A DNA stretch of 64,000 nt, taken from assembly GCA_963823665.1 (NCBI GenBank), contig CAWGMQ010000011.1, forward strand, positions 608,001-672,000. The letters are read 5' to 3'. Positions 41,811 through 52,003 of this stretch are shown one piece after another. This stretch comes from an uncultured Planctomycetota bacterium. Lineage in GTDB: Bacteria; Planctomycetota; Planctomycetia; Isosphaerales; Isosphaeraceae. Position 1 is the first letter of the stretch, and every line of letters starts with the position of its first letter. The position numbers and the translations under genes were made by a program. The notes beneath the pieces were generated by a model. The model did no database searches, had not been told where the DNA came from, and worked only from the letters and a program-made list of their open reading frames with translations.

Positions 41811-42262
41811 ATGGTGGACCCGGAGAGAGAAGGCCCCGGCGACGCCGACCTCGTCTTCGCCGCGCACAACAACCACACCCCGAGCTGTGGCCGGCCGCCC
41901 GGTCTCCGCAGCACGGCCGACCCTGGTCTGTACCACGGCTATTTCGAGAACTGTTACGGTGAGCAGTTCGTCTTCACGTTCGACCGAGCGAAGGGGGCCG
42001 GTATGGTCTTGGGCGGCGACCTCGGATGGGATGAGCCCAAGTCGTTCACTCTCGATCTGGTTGACGAGGCCCTACGCAGTACCCAGAGGCTCGCTGCCCA
42101 AATCGAGGAGCCCGAGGCGGCGAGACTGCCGATTATCGACGCCGCGCTGGCGCTGGGCGCCTCACCGGGGTAACGGGGAAGGACGAGGTGATCTGGCTGA
42201 GGGCGTGCCTGGCCGCTTGCATGCCGGTCGCGGCTGCACCGGAGGGCCGCCTGAGCGAGTGA
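41811..42262 (+). CDS. Hypothetical protein, cassette-like (frameshift near 42160)
   Basis: YHGYFENCYGEQFVFTFDR...GGDLGW; continuation KDEVIWLRACL in another frame. Confidence 0.6.
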
Positions 42263-42541
42263 GGAGAGCGGAGGGGAGCGGCATCCGAGTGGTCAGACGT
42301 TCGAGCGAAGGCTGGCTCGCGGTGTCGGATTCTCATGTCGATCATTTTCGAGGCGACGACGGTGGGCTGACCCCGCACCCGGCCGTTGGCCGACCGCTCC
42401 CAGAGTACGCGTTTAGCGATCCCTCCCTTTCTAACCCTACGCGAGAGGCGAGAGCGTCTGCTGTCCTTACTATGACGATGCCGACACCGAACGACCGGTT
42501 GGGTGGTACTTCGTCGCCAACACGATAGACTGAAGGGGCCA

Positions 42542-42601
42542 GCGTAGCGAGGCGATCGGGCGGACCTGCCGCGTGTCGGCCGCTGATCTTGGGCGTCAGG
42601 G
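42542..42601 (+). other. Degenerate attC-like site (paralog of 44275-44335)
   Basis: GAGGCGATCGGGCGGACCTGCC...GGCCGCTGATCTTGGGC-GTCAGGG. Confidence 0.5.
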
Positions 42602-42618
42602 GGCGGGGGCAAATTCAG

Positions 42619-42890
42619 TGAGTCTCGAATCACGACCCCGATCCGGTGACCACCTCCGTTTCTTTCTGGTCATCGGCCTCGCGGTCGGCGCCGGGATGGT
42701 GGCCTGCCGAGGGGCCGAGAAGCTCGTAGGTCCGCGCCTCGGGGAGTGGGGTTCGTTCGGCGTCGGCCTCTTGGCGGGTGTGGTGGTCGCCGCGGTGGTC
42801 GGGCTACCGGGCGGCTCGCGGCGGTTCGGTCGACGGATTGGGCTTGTGGGCGCGGCAGTTCGCCGTACGCGTGCTATGGGACTGCAATGA
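42619..42890 (+). CDS. Small 2-TM protein, paralog of 44352-44582 with a replaced C-terminus
   Basis: About 230-bp imperfect nucleotide duplication (42577-42806 vs 44311-44540). Confidence 0.55.
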
Positions 42891-43006
42891 AAAACGAACA
42901 TGCGGCTCAAGACGGACGTATAGCCAGGTGGACGACAAGAAAGTGGACATCGGGATAGGCGTCATGTAAATTGTACTTGTGACGCACTACGTCGCAGAGC
43001 CCTGAC

Positions 43007-43537
43007 ATGAGTTACAATCCCAAAGCAGTCGCAAATTTTTTGCTGGACCGGGCATCGGCGCAAGGTGATTTTCTCACGCCGATGAAGATTCAGAAATTGG
43101 TGTACTATGCGCATGGCTGGCACCTTGCGATCAAGGATTTACCTCTGATTAACGAGCAGGTCGAAGCGTGGGAATTTGGGCCAGTGATCCCGTCGCTCTA
43201 CAGGACATTCCGTCGATTCGGCAATCAACCGGTGCGTCCACCAGCTACGCAAACAGGATCTGAGTGGTTTGTTCCTGGGTACCCGATTTACAGTACGGAC
43301 TCGCCGTCAATCGATGACGATCCGCGCCAGGCGGAGTTCGCGAAGTCTCTACTCAATCGAATCTGGGAGGTCTACGGCGGTTATACCGCGGCGCAACTCT
43401 CAAATGCTACGCATGCTGTCGGCACGCCTTGGAGTCTAGTCTACAACAAGTATCAGGGGCAGATTCCGAAGGGGACTGATATCCCGACCGAATTAATCAA
43501 AGACTATTTCATGAAACTCAGCCGAAACGAACTGTAG
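43007..43537 (+). CDS. Panacea/SocA (DUF4065) antitoxin
   Basis: AVANFLL, LTPMKIQKLVYYAHGW, EAWEFGPV.PSLY, IWEVYG.YTA.QLS..TH...PW. Confidence 0.9.
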   Translation: MSYNPKAVANFLLDRASAQGDFLTPMKIQKLVYYAHGWHLAIKDLPLINEQVEAWEFGPVIPSLYRTFRRFGNQPVRPPATQTGSEWFVPGYPIYSTDSPSIDDDPRQAEFAKSLLNRIWEVYGGYTAAQLSNATHAVGTPWSLVYNKYQGQIPKGTDIPTELIKDYFMKLSRNEL

Positions 43538-43542
43538 TCAAG

Positions 43543-44073
43543 ATGGCTGATGGCCGCGATGATGCGCCTGGAATAGAGAGCATCAAGCCGGCCCCTTCTG
43601 CGCCGTCGAATGACGTCGAGAATCTCACGAGTCACGAAGCGGCGGCGTACGGCCAGGGAAAGAAAAAGGTAACGCCGAGCGATCGCCATCAAGCAGAGGT
43701 CGATCGCCATCTTTTTACTTGGGACAAGCACTGCTCGAAATTGGAAGAGCGACTGGCTCAGCAGCAAGCGGAAATAAATGCGATTCGGGATGAGTTGACG
43801 AAGATTACGCCGGAACACGCGAGGCTAGCCGAGTCTTACAGGAATCTCGTTTATAACAACACGATTACGTCGACGGCGGCGGCGATCGGTGCAGTTATTG
43901 TGAGCCTCGCGGGGGCAACACCTTATTTCGTTCCCATAACCTGCGTCGGCGCTTCGGTGTTCGTGGTCGGACTTGCGTTGCAATGCTTGAACACATTTCG
44001 GAGTGGCTGGTTTGCAGGCCCAGGGCCACGCGCGGCAGTCGCCCGGCCGCCAAACCGTATTGGCAATCGGTAA
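43543..44073 (+). CDS. Putative Panacea-associated toxin: coiled coil plus two TM helices
   Basis: Starts 5 nt after the antitoxin; KLEERLAQQQAEINAIRDELTK, then two hydrophobic segments. Confidence 0.6.
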   Translation: MADGRDDAPGIESIKPAPSAPSNDVENLTSHEAAAYGQGKKKVTPSDRHQAEVDRHLFTWDKHCSKLEERLAQQQAEINAIRDELTKITPEHARLAESYRNLVYNNTITSTAAAIGAVIVSLAGATPYFVPITCVGASVFVVGLALQCLNTFRSGWFAGPGPRAAVARPPNRIGNR

Positions 44074-44274
44074 CAGCGCAGTAGGGCGGCCGCAAGATCC
44101 CAGTGCGAAGATGCGGCCGGTCAATGCCAGGTGATGAGAATGCCTCTGCGATGAACCATCAGACATGCCCGCGGCCATTGCCAGTGCGCTGGGAATCGAT
44201 GAGAATTTAGATGATCGTGTGTGCTCTCGCGCTACGCGAGCGGAGACTGATTCGTCTGCCGCGCGAGCGGATTA

Positions 44275-44335
44275 CTTGAACGAGGCGATCGAGCGGACCT
44301 GCCTGGTGGCGGGCCGGTGACCTTGGGCGTCCGGC
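44275..44335 (+). other. attC-like site
   Basis: CTTGAAC-GAGGC-GATCGAGCGGACCTGCC-TGGT-GGCGGGCCGGTGAC-CTTGGGC-GTCCGGC. Confidence 0.6.
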
Positions 44336-44351
44336 GGCGGGGGCAAAGTCA

Positions 44352-44582
44352 GTGAGTGTCGAACAACGACCCCGATCCGGTCTCCACCGCCGCTTCGGTC
44401 TGATCGTCGGCGTCGGGCTCGGCACCGGGATGGTGGCCGGCCGAGGGGCCGAGAAGCTCTTAGCTCCGGGCCTCGGGGAGTGGGGTTCGTACGGCGCCGG
44501 ACGCTTGGCGGGCGCGATGGTCGCCGCGGTGGTCGGGCTGCTGGTGTCCTACGTGCTCGGCCGGCGCGGCGCAGGGGACTAA
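44352..44582 (+). CDS. Small 2-TM cassette protein
   Basis: GTG start 16 nt after the core-like site; stop TAA lies inside the next R'' box. Confidence 0.65.
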   Translation: MSVEQRPRSGLHRRFGLIVGVGLGTGMVAGRGAEKLLAPGLGEWGSYGAGRLAGAMVAAVVGLLVSYVLGRRGAGD

Positions 44583-44676
44583 CATTGCGATGCAGCGGAC
44601 GCGGCCCGCCTCGGCAGACTCTGTGAAGATCGACGGTGACTCCGACGGGCCGGGCCGCTGAGATTTGGAGTCAGAC
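44577..44676 (+). other. attC recombination site
   Basis: R'' GACTAAC, 5-6 nt spacer, L'' ATGCAGCGG pairing with CCGCTGA leaving an extrahelical G, stem CGGCCCG/CGGGCCG, R' GTCAGAC. Confidence 0.75.
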
Positions 44677-44679
44677 ATC

Positions 44680-45030
44680 ATGCCGGAGACCTTCGAGCCC
44701 CTGGATGCTTCATTCGTAACCGCGGATGCCAGGGCCCCGATCCTGGCGTACGAGGGTGGTGCACTGCGTGTGCGGTTCCTTGACTGGTGTGAACGGTGCG
44801 TCGAGTTGGTATTCCATGGCGCGATCGCGTTGTCCTGGGACGACGGCGACGCGGCTTGGTGTGCCGCACACCGGGACGATGCCTGCTACATCGTTGCCGG
44901 ATCCGACTGGCTACGTCGGCACGTCGAAGTAGGGACGATCGAGGCCGCAAGTGGGCATCGCCATTACAAGCTCTGTTTCAATGCTGCGGGCGTCTTGCAG
45001 GTGATTGCGACGGGCTTGGAGATGGTCTAA
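44680..45030 (+). CDS. Hypothetical cassette protein
   Basis: ATG 3 nt after the core site; stop TAA inside R'' GTCTAAC; ends RHYKLCFNAAGVLQVIA. Confidence 0.75.
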   Translation: MPETFEPLDASFVTADARAPILAYEGGALRVRFLDWCERCVELVFHGAIALSWDDGDAAWCAAHRDDACYIVAGSDWLRRHVEVGTIEAASGHRHYKLCFNAAGVLQVIATGLEMV

Positions 45031-45079
45031 CGTTGCTATGCAGCGGCTCGTTCCGCGCCGCTGATCCATGGCGTTCGGC
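45025..45079 (+). other. attC recombination site (short, 55 bp)
   Basis: R'' GTCTAAC-GTTGC-TATGCAGCGGC...GCCGCTGAT-CCATGGC-GTTCGGC; extrahelical G in L''. Confidence 0.78.
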
Positions 45080-45132
45080 GACCGGGTGCCGATGACTGTT
45101 TCTGAGGCCATAGCGAAGCGAGGGATGACGCC

Positions 45133-46167
45133 ATGCGAACGGGGACGATCACGATAGCCGCGACGATTCTGATCGCGGTGGGCTGCCTGACGGCGGCGTC
45201 CGCGGACGACGGGAAATCCGTGCGGGTGACGGTCGATAACTTTCGCCGTGCCGAATCCGACACGTACTTCGCCCGGTTCGTGAAGGAAGGCGGATTCGCC
45301 AAGTTCAAACACGAGCGCGAGCTTGCTCGGATCGACAACCAGACGGTGATCCGGCTGAACCGAGACACCTTGTACTCGTTCGGGGTGTTCGACCTCGCCG
45401 CCGCGTCGGTCACTGTCACGCTGCCGGACGCCGGCAAGCGGTTCATGGCGATGCAGGTCATCGATGAGGATCAGTACGCGCCCGACGTGTTCTACGCACC
45501 GGGGGCACATACCCTCACAAAAGAGAAGGTCGGCACGCGGTACGTGTGCCTGGCACTACGGACGTTCGTGAACCCCAACGATGCGGCGGACGTGAGGGCC
45601 GTCCACGCCCTCCAGGACGCGATCAAGGTCGAGCAGACGGCGGTGGGCACGTTTGCGGTGCCCGATTGGGACCAGGTGTCGCTGAAGAAGATCCGCGAGG
45701 CGCTGCTGGCCCTGGCGGCCGCCAACGGCGGAATCGATTCGGCGCGGATGTTCGGCCGGAAGGACAAGGTCGATCCGGTCCAGCATCTGATCGGCACGGC
45801 GGCCGGCTGGGGCGGCAACCCTCCGTACGCCGCCCTCTACGCGGGCGCCGAGCCGAAGCAGAACGACGGCAAGACGGTGTACCAGCTTACGGTCACGGAC
45901 GTGCCGGTGGACGGGTTCTGGTCGGTCAGCGTGTACAACAAGGGCGGCTACTTCCAGAAGAACGCGCGGAACGCCTACACCGTGAATAACGTCACCGCCA
46001 AGCCGAACGCGGACGGTTCGGTGACGATCCACTTCGGCGGCGACGAGAGCGCGCCGAACTGCATTCCCATCGTGCCGGGCTGGAACTACCTCGTCCGAAT
46101 GTACCGCCCGCGGAAGGAAATCCTGGACGGCACCTGGAAGTTCCCGGAGGCCCAGGCGGTGGAGTGA
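45133..46167 (+). CDS. Exported DUF1254/DUF1214 protein
   Basis: Signal peptide; VTVDNFRRAESD, VIRLNRDTLYS, GTAAGWGG, VPVDGFWSVSVYN, GWNYLVRMYRP. Confidence 0.88.
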   Translation: MRTGTITIAATILIAVGCLTAASADDGKSVRVTVDNFRRAESDTYFARFVKEGGFAKFKHERELARIDNQTVIRLNRDTLYSFGVFDLAAASVTVTLPDAGKRFMAMQVIDEDQYAPDVFYAPGAHTLTKEKVGTRYVCLALRTFVNPNDAADVRAVHALQDAIKVEQTAVGTFAVPDWDQVSLKKIREALLALAAANGGIDSARMFGRKDKVDPVQHLIGTAAGWGGNPPYAALYAGAEPKQNDGKTVYQLTVTDVPVDGFWSVSVYNKGGYFQKNARNAYTVNNVTAKPNADGSVTIHFGGDESAPNCIPIVPGWNYLVRMYRPRKEILDGTWKFPEAQAVE

Positions 46168-46499
46168 CCGGTCCGGGTGCCGTGACCGCTATCACGCGAC
46201 ACGGAAAATGGTCAGCGCTTGGGAACGGGCCGGAAATAACTTCCCGATTTCAGACGGATGCGGGAACGGCTCGATAGTTCCATTTTGGCAGAACCTCGTC
46301 GAACACGATTTTCAGCAAAAGCGGGCAGTTATTTCCGACCCGGCCGTAGGTCAACCCAGGTCTGGTACTTGCCGGTGGGGTTGGCGTCCGTAGAGGCAAC
46401 TTCGGCCAGAGGAAACGGCCGGAGCCGGCCGGAAAAGTGTATAACCGGAGCATTCCCGGCGCACTAACAGGTAAGGGGCGAGGAGGAGGGATTGAAAGC

Positions 46500-48956
46500 A
46501 TGGCTGCGCTTTCCACTGACACGATGGCCCGGCCGCTCGATGCGCTCTTTCGCGACGGAGCGCTGGGCGGTCTGAGTGATGCGGAGCTGCTGGAGCGGTT
46601 CCCGGCGTCTGGGGCTGCATTCGACGTGCTGATGGCGCGGCACGGGACGATGGTGCTGGCGGTTTGCCGCCGGATCCTCCGCGACGGGCACGCGGCCGAC
46701 GACGCCTTCCAGGTGACTTTCCTGGTGCTGGCGCAGCGGGCGCAGGCTATCCGGCGGCGCGAGTCGTTGGGGCCGTGGCTGCACGGTGTCGCGCGACGCG
46801 TGGCCCTGCGGGCGCGGGCGGCCGCCGCGATGCGCCAGGAACGGGAAGCCCGCGCGGCGATCGACCCCGCCGCCGCCGTGACCGAGCCGGGCGACGATGA
46901 CGTGGGCCCCGCGCTACACGCCGAGATCGATCGCCTGCCAGAAAAATACCGCGCGCCGATCGTGCTCTGCTACCTCGAGGGGCGGACGATCGAGGAGGCT
47001 TCCCGTCAGCTCGGCTGGCCGGTCGGCACCGTCGGTGGGCGCCTGGCCCGGGCGCGCGACCGGCTGCGCCATCGGCTCGTCCAGCAGGGGCTGGTCGCGC
47101 CGGCCCTGTTGGTCGCGCCACCACCTCCCAATACCGCTTCGGTGGCGTCCGTGCCGCGGGCTCTGGCCGTTTCCACGCGCGCCGCTGCGCTTCAGCTCGC
47201 GGCCGGCCGGCCGGCGACCGCGGTGGTTCCCGCCATCGTCGCAAACCTTTTGGAGCAGACCGTGCGAAGCATAGCATGGACCAGGTTCATGATCGGTGCC
47301 GGGATTTGTGGGCTGCTCGGGACCCTGGCGATCGGGGCTGCCGGCATCAGCCTGATGGCCGGCGACGTCGATGATCCCACGCCACCACAGCAAGAAGCCC
47401 CGACAAGAGCAGCATCAGACCCTCACCGGCCAGCCGCGAATCCGGTCGCCGAGACGCTCAACCAGGCATCAAAAGCGGCCGCCGGCTTGAACGATTCGCA
47501 AGAAAAGCTGGACGCGTACCTGGCTCTCGCCTGGGCCCAGATCAAGACTGGTGACCCGGCCGGCGCGCACGTCAGCCTCGATCGCGCAACGGAGGCGGCA
47601 AGTGCGCTCGAGTTGGAACCCCGATGTTACGGCCGTGTGCAGATCGCCCAGGCGCGCGGTGAGGCCGGCGATAAGCAGCGAGGCCTCGATCTACTGGCCG
47701 ATACGCGCATCGACGTCGAACAGCTCGGGAAGAGGCGGATCTGGCTGCTGAGGGACATCGCCAAGGCCCAAGGCGAGCTCGGCGATCGCGTTGCCGCGCG
47801 TGCGACTATCAAAGCCCTCGATCTGGCAATCCTCAGCGCGGAGGACCGGCTGAAGGGGCGCTGGAATGACGACCTGTTCGCCGTCGCCGAAGCCCAGCTT
47901 GCCATCGGCGACGTTGAAGAGGCGTTCATGACTTGCATCCCCAGCAGCTATGGCGTGGGTGCCAACAGGAAGCTGTCAAAACGCCTCGAGGATCAAGCCT
48001 CGATGTTGACCCAGCTTGCTTCGGCGGCGGCCGACGACAACCACCAAAGCCGGCACAGCTACCCGGCAAGACTCATGTCCAACGCTGAAAAAGTCACCCG
48101 CCTGGCAATCGTCCGCCGTGCGGTGAAGGCCGCGGAGGCGCTGTCCGACACCAGCGAAAATCGCGTTGCGTGGGCGGCGGCACTGGGCGAACTTGGCGCC
48201 TTCGACGAGGCCTTGCTGGTTGCCCGTCGGGTCGATCAAAAACAGATTCAACAGCCCGGTCAGGTCGACGCGATGTGGGCCTTCTGGCGGATCAGCTTCA
48301 GCCAGGCCAAGGCAGGGAACCTTGATGCTGCCCGTGCGACGTTGCGCGAAGCGAGCCGAGTGGAGACGCCCCCGAAAGCAGACTCCAAACTATCCCGAGT
48401 CGGCCTGGCCTCCAGTTTCGTGGTGGCGAGAAGCTTCGATGAGGCCATCAAGATCGCGGAAACTCTCGACCCCGAGGTCCGCGCCGAGATCCTGTCGCAA
48501 GTCGCCAGGCACAAGCAGCGCGACGGCGACCGCGCCGGGGCCGAGGCCTTGTTCCGCCGCGCCCTGATGGATGCCGGCCGGTTCCTGCACAGCCCGCCGC
48601 CGCAAGCCGGCGAAGAACCGGGCGGACCGGTGCCCGCCGCACGCGAGGACGGGCCGGACCAGCCTGGTGAACCTGACCCGAACGCCAAGCATCAGACGGA
48701 GGGACTGTGCCTGCTCGCCAGGATCCATGCCAGCGCCGGCGACTGGGCATCAGCCGCGAGGACCTTCGCCGTCATCTCGCCTGAAGACCAGCAACAGCGG
48801 GTGACGGCCCTCCTGATCGCCGCTCTTCGGTCTCATTTCGGCGATGTCGCCGGCGCCTTGGCCTGGGCCCGTTCGCTTCCTTCCGCGTCGCTCCGCGCCT
48901 GGGCCCTGCGCGGTCTGGCCATGGGCATCTTCGACCGGGAAGCCATCGATTATTAG
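46500..48956 (+). CDS. ECF RNA polymerase sigma factor with TM and TPR-like extension
   Basis: SDAELLERF, RHGTMVLAVCRRIL, DDAFQVTFLVLA, WLHGVARR, LPEKYRAPIVLCYLEG, LGWPVGTVGGRLARAR; AGGAGGAGG RBS. Confidence 0.92.
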   Translation: MAALSTDTMARPLDALFRDGALGGLSDAELLERFPASGAAFDVLMARHGTMVLAVCRRILRDGHAADDAFQVTFLVLAQRAQAIRRRESLGPWLHGVARRVALRARAAAAMRQEREARAAIDPAAAVTEPGDDDVGPALHAEIDRLPEKYRAPIVLCYLEGRTIEEASRQLGWPVGTVGGRLARARDRLRHRLVQQGLVAPALLVAPPPPNTASVASVPRALAVSTRAAALQLAAGRPATAVVPAIVANLLEQTVRSIAWTRFMIGAGICGLLGTLAIGAAGISLMAGDVDDPTPPQQEAPTRAASDPHRPAANPVAETLNQASKAAAGLNDSQEKLDAYLALAWAQIKTGDPAGAHVSLDRATEAASALELEPRCYGRVQIAQARGEAGDKQRGLDLLADTRIDVEQLGKRRIWLLRDIAKAQGELGDRVAARATIKALDLAILSAEDRLKGRWNDDLFAVAEAQLAIGDVEEAFMTCIPSSYGVGANRKLSKRLEDQASMLTQLASAAADDNHQSRHSYPARLMSNAEKVTRLAIVRRAVKAAEALSDTSENRVAWAAALGELGAFDEALLVARRVDQKQIQQPGQVDAMWAFWRISFSQAKAGNLDAARATLREASRVETPPKADSKLSRVGLASSFVVARSFDEAIKIAETLDPEVRAEILSQVARHKQRDGDRAGAEALFRRALMDAGRFLHSPPPQAGEEPGGPVPAAREDGPDQPGEPDPNAKHQTEGLCLLARIHASAGDWASAARTFAVISPEDQQQRVTALLIAALRSHFGDVAGALAWARSLPSASLRAWALRGLAMGIFDREAIDY

Positions 48957-49684
48957 CTGCTGGATATTCGCGAAGTAATCGTTTAGAAAAATCGGCTGTG
49001 CGGTCTTTGCGGGGCGCGAACCCCCCTCCGCGGCTGCGACGGCACCCTCCCGACTGTGCGACCCCCCCACCGCCGCCAGCGCCGGCGCTTCCCCCCACGA
49101 GGGGGGAGGAATACACGCGAGCGCAGACTGGAGGAATCTTGTTTGTTAATCGATCTAGTCGCTGGAACCCGGAAAGTTTCTGGAGATTTCCCGGTCGGAA
49201 GCCCGCGGAATCTGCAAGATCGTCGCATATTGTAGGTGAGGGCGTGCGCTGCGCGGGGAGTGTTGCATCCGGTCTGAGCCGGCTCGTGGCACCGACCGCG
49301 TGTTCAAGGGAAACGCGGATATCGGAGGAATTCATTTATGAGCGAGGGAAGTATCACAGGGGCGCGAAGAGTTCCAGGGGCTCGGAGCGCCTCGCTATTG
49401 ACCTTCGCCCCGTTGGGACAGGGACCTGGCCGGCGCGTGGCCGACAGGACGTGCCGGCCTCACGGCGCCTGCGTCCCGCTGAAATCAGATGAACATCATG
49501 GATTCAGAATGCGGTCGATTTACACTAGTGTACGGATGCTGGATGGCCCTCAGAATATTGCCACTTTTTGCCATTTTCATGACGAACTCGACGATTACTT
49601 CGGGTGGAGTCGCGGCTCCGCAAGTTCAATAAGCATCATCGAATAGGAACAGAACGATGGCTTTCTCCGGCGATGGCAAAAGGT

Positions 49685-49700
49685 GGTGGCACGTGCCACC
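49685..49700. promoter_or_regulatory. Perfect 16-bp palindrome, possible protein-binding site
   Basis: GGTGGCACGTGCCACC; further TGCCA/TGGCA motifs nearby. Confidence 0.45.
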
Positions 49701-50453
49701 GAAAATTGCCACGGCAAATCGGTGGTGTTGTTCACTATGTTTTTTGGCCCTTTTCACGGCACTCGAGGGGAGATTCGCGCCGGCTGGGGCGTGTGCGTGC
49801 TTCCCTGCGCACAAGGCCCCTCCGTCGCCTGCGCCGGCACCTGCCGACAAGGGCGGGAGGAATGCCCGATGCCCCTTTGTGGAGCGAAGGGCGACAATGG
49901 GGTGGCAATGGGGCGGGGTTCCTCGAAGCGATTTCAACGATGCGGGACCGGTCGCGGGCTTCGCTGTGGCGATTCTTGATCGAAGGCAGGTGCTCGTGGG
50001 CGATGTTTCGGCTTGCGGTTTGGCGGATGATTCGCAGTCTCCACTGCGCCAGTGCGTTCCCGTAGTCCTTGCGGCGTAAGGGCGCGCGACGAATATACAA
50101 AACGAACTTGGACGCGGAACACGAGAGGCACGCAAATGCGAGCACAAGCGTTCCGGGCCTTTGGACGCGCTGGCGTGCGATCGGAATTGTCACAGTCGAC
50201 CTCGTCACTACGAGCAAATGGTACGTGCGGTAAGCACAGCCAAGAAAAACACGAGTGTGCCTTAAAATGCAGTTTGGTTGGCCCAAGTGTCGATCAATCT
50301 GTGAGCAAGGCAGGCGCGAGCGGCACCTGGGCGTATCGATTCGGCGCAGGGACGACGGGCCGCAGCGCTTTGTTGCCGTACTGGCGCCGTGGGCGCACGG
50401 AGCAGAGCAGAGCTCTCTGCTGCGCTCTGGATATGAAGGTGGGGCTTGAGAAT

Positions 50454-51976
50454 ATGATCGCGACCGTCTCTACGGACAACGCTACGGGAGACTCGCAGGA
50501 CAATGACGGTCCGATCAGGGTGCTTTTGAGACTGGCCGAGGCTGGGCGGGTATCTCGATCGGGCGATGGGAGCGTTCACGTCCGAGTGCCGGTTGGTGAC
50601 CGACACGAGGTTTATGGGATCAGGTCCGGTGCGTTCCGCGACTGGCTGATCGGGGGGTATTTCGGGGAGCGCGGCGAGCCGCCGGCTCCTTGGATGATCG
50701 CGCGAGTTGTCGGCTTGCTCGAAGCGCGGGCGCGGTTTGACGGAGACACGCCGTCGGTGTTCGTTCGCGTCGCCCCGGCGGGCGATACGCGCGGCCGATG
50801 CTCCTTTCTGGATCTGGGCGATGGCACCGGAGCGGCGATCAAGATCAGTGCGGAAGGGTGGGAGATCACCGAGCGGCCGGATATTCAGTTCAAGCGACCA
50901 GCGGGGATGCTGGCGTTACCGGTGCCGGTGCGCGGAGGGTCGATCGAGCTGCTGCGGCCGTACGTGAATGTTGACGACGCGGGGTTTCGACTGGTTATTG
51001 CCTGGTTGACGTCGGCGCTCTTGCCGGTGGGGCCCTACCCGATCCTGAGCCTTCACGGTGAACAAGGGACCGCGAAATCGACTCTCGCCAGAATGCTCCG
51101 GCTGCTGATTGATCCGCAGGCTTGCGCACTTCTGGCCGAGCCGGCGAGCAATCGGGATCTGATGGTGACGGCGCGGAACGGATGGCTGCTGGCTTACGAC
51201 AACATCACCGACATACCTGGCTGGCTTTCTGACAGCCTGTGCCGGCTGGTCTTTGGCGCGGGCTTTTCGGGACGCGCTCTGTATACCGACGACGAGCGGA
51301 TCGTGCTGCAAGCGCAGCGCCCCGTGATCCTGAATGGAATCGAAGATTTCGTGCGCAAGAGTGATTTGATTGATCGCACGGTCATCGTACAAATGCGCTC
51401 GATCAGCACAAAACGGCGGCGACATGAAGAGGAACTCTGGGCGTCGTTCCGAGCGGATCAACCTCTGATCCTGGGCAGCGTGCTCGACGCGGTTGCTCAC
51501 GGGTTGCGCGAGCTGCCCGGCGTGAAACTGGAGCGAATGCCGCGGATGGCCGACTTCGCCGGTGGGGCGTTGCCGTCGGCCGCGGGCTCGGCTGGCGACC
51601 CAATGCGTTTCTGTCCGCTTATGAGAAGAACAGGATCGCGGCGACCGAGGGATCGCTCGATGGCTCGCCGCTGGGGACATTCCTGCTGACGCTTGCGGGT
51701 CGCTGGCTCGACTTTGATCGCAGCCCGACCGAAATGCTCGAATTGTTCACCCGCGACGTGGATAAGAAAATCGCGAGATCGGCCGGCTGGCCAAAAAACG
51801 CGCAGGCGTTCACAGGTGAGCTGCGGCGGATCGCACCACAACTTCGAATGCGGGGCGTTATCGTCATTTTTCGACGGACTCACAAGGGCCGTCGTATTCG
51901 CATTGTGACGAAGCGCTATCGCGCGTGCGCTGAGGGTGCCCTGGACGCGGATGCCTTGGAACAGCGGCCGGACTGA
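50454..51976 (+). CDS. Phage/plasmid-type primase-associated ATPase/helicase (frameshift near 51560)
   Basis: FLDLGD, GPYPILSLHGEQGTAKST (Walker A), LLAYDN, RALYTD, RPVILNGI, DLIDR, PRMADFA; C-terminal winged-helix-like GWPKNAQAFTGELRRIAPQLR. Confidence 0.72.
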
Positions 51977-52003
51977 TCGGTCGGTGCGAACCCAACCACT
52001 TCC

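Noticed and set aside
42250..42300. Additional attC site after ORF 41811
   Set aside because: Ends in GTCAGAC but lacks an AAC inverse core and a pairing stem
49490..49646. IS6-like transposase C-terminal remnant
   Set aside because: Only faint resemblance (FCHFHDELDDYF); no DDE motifs or inverted repeats
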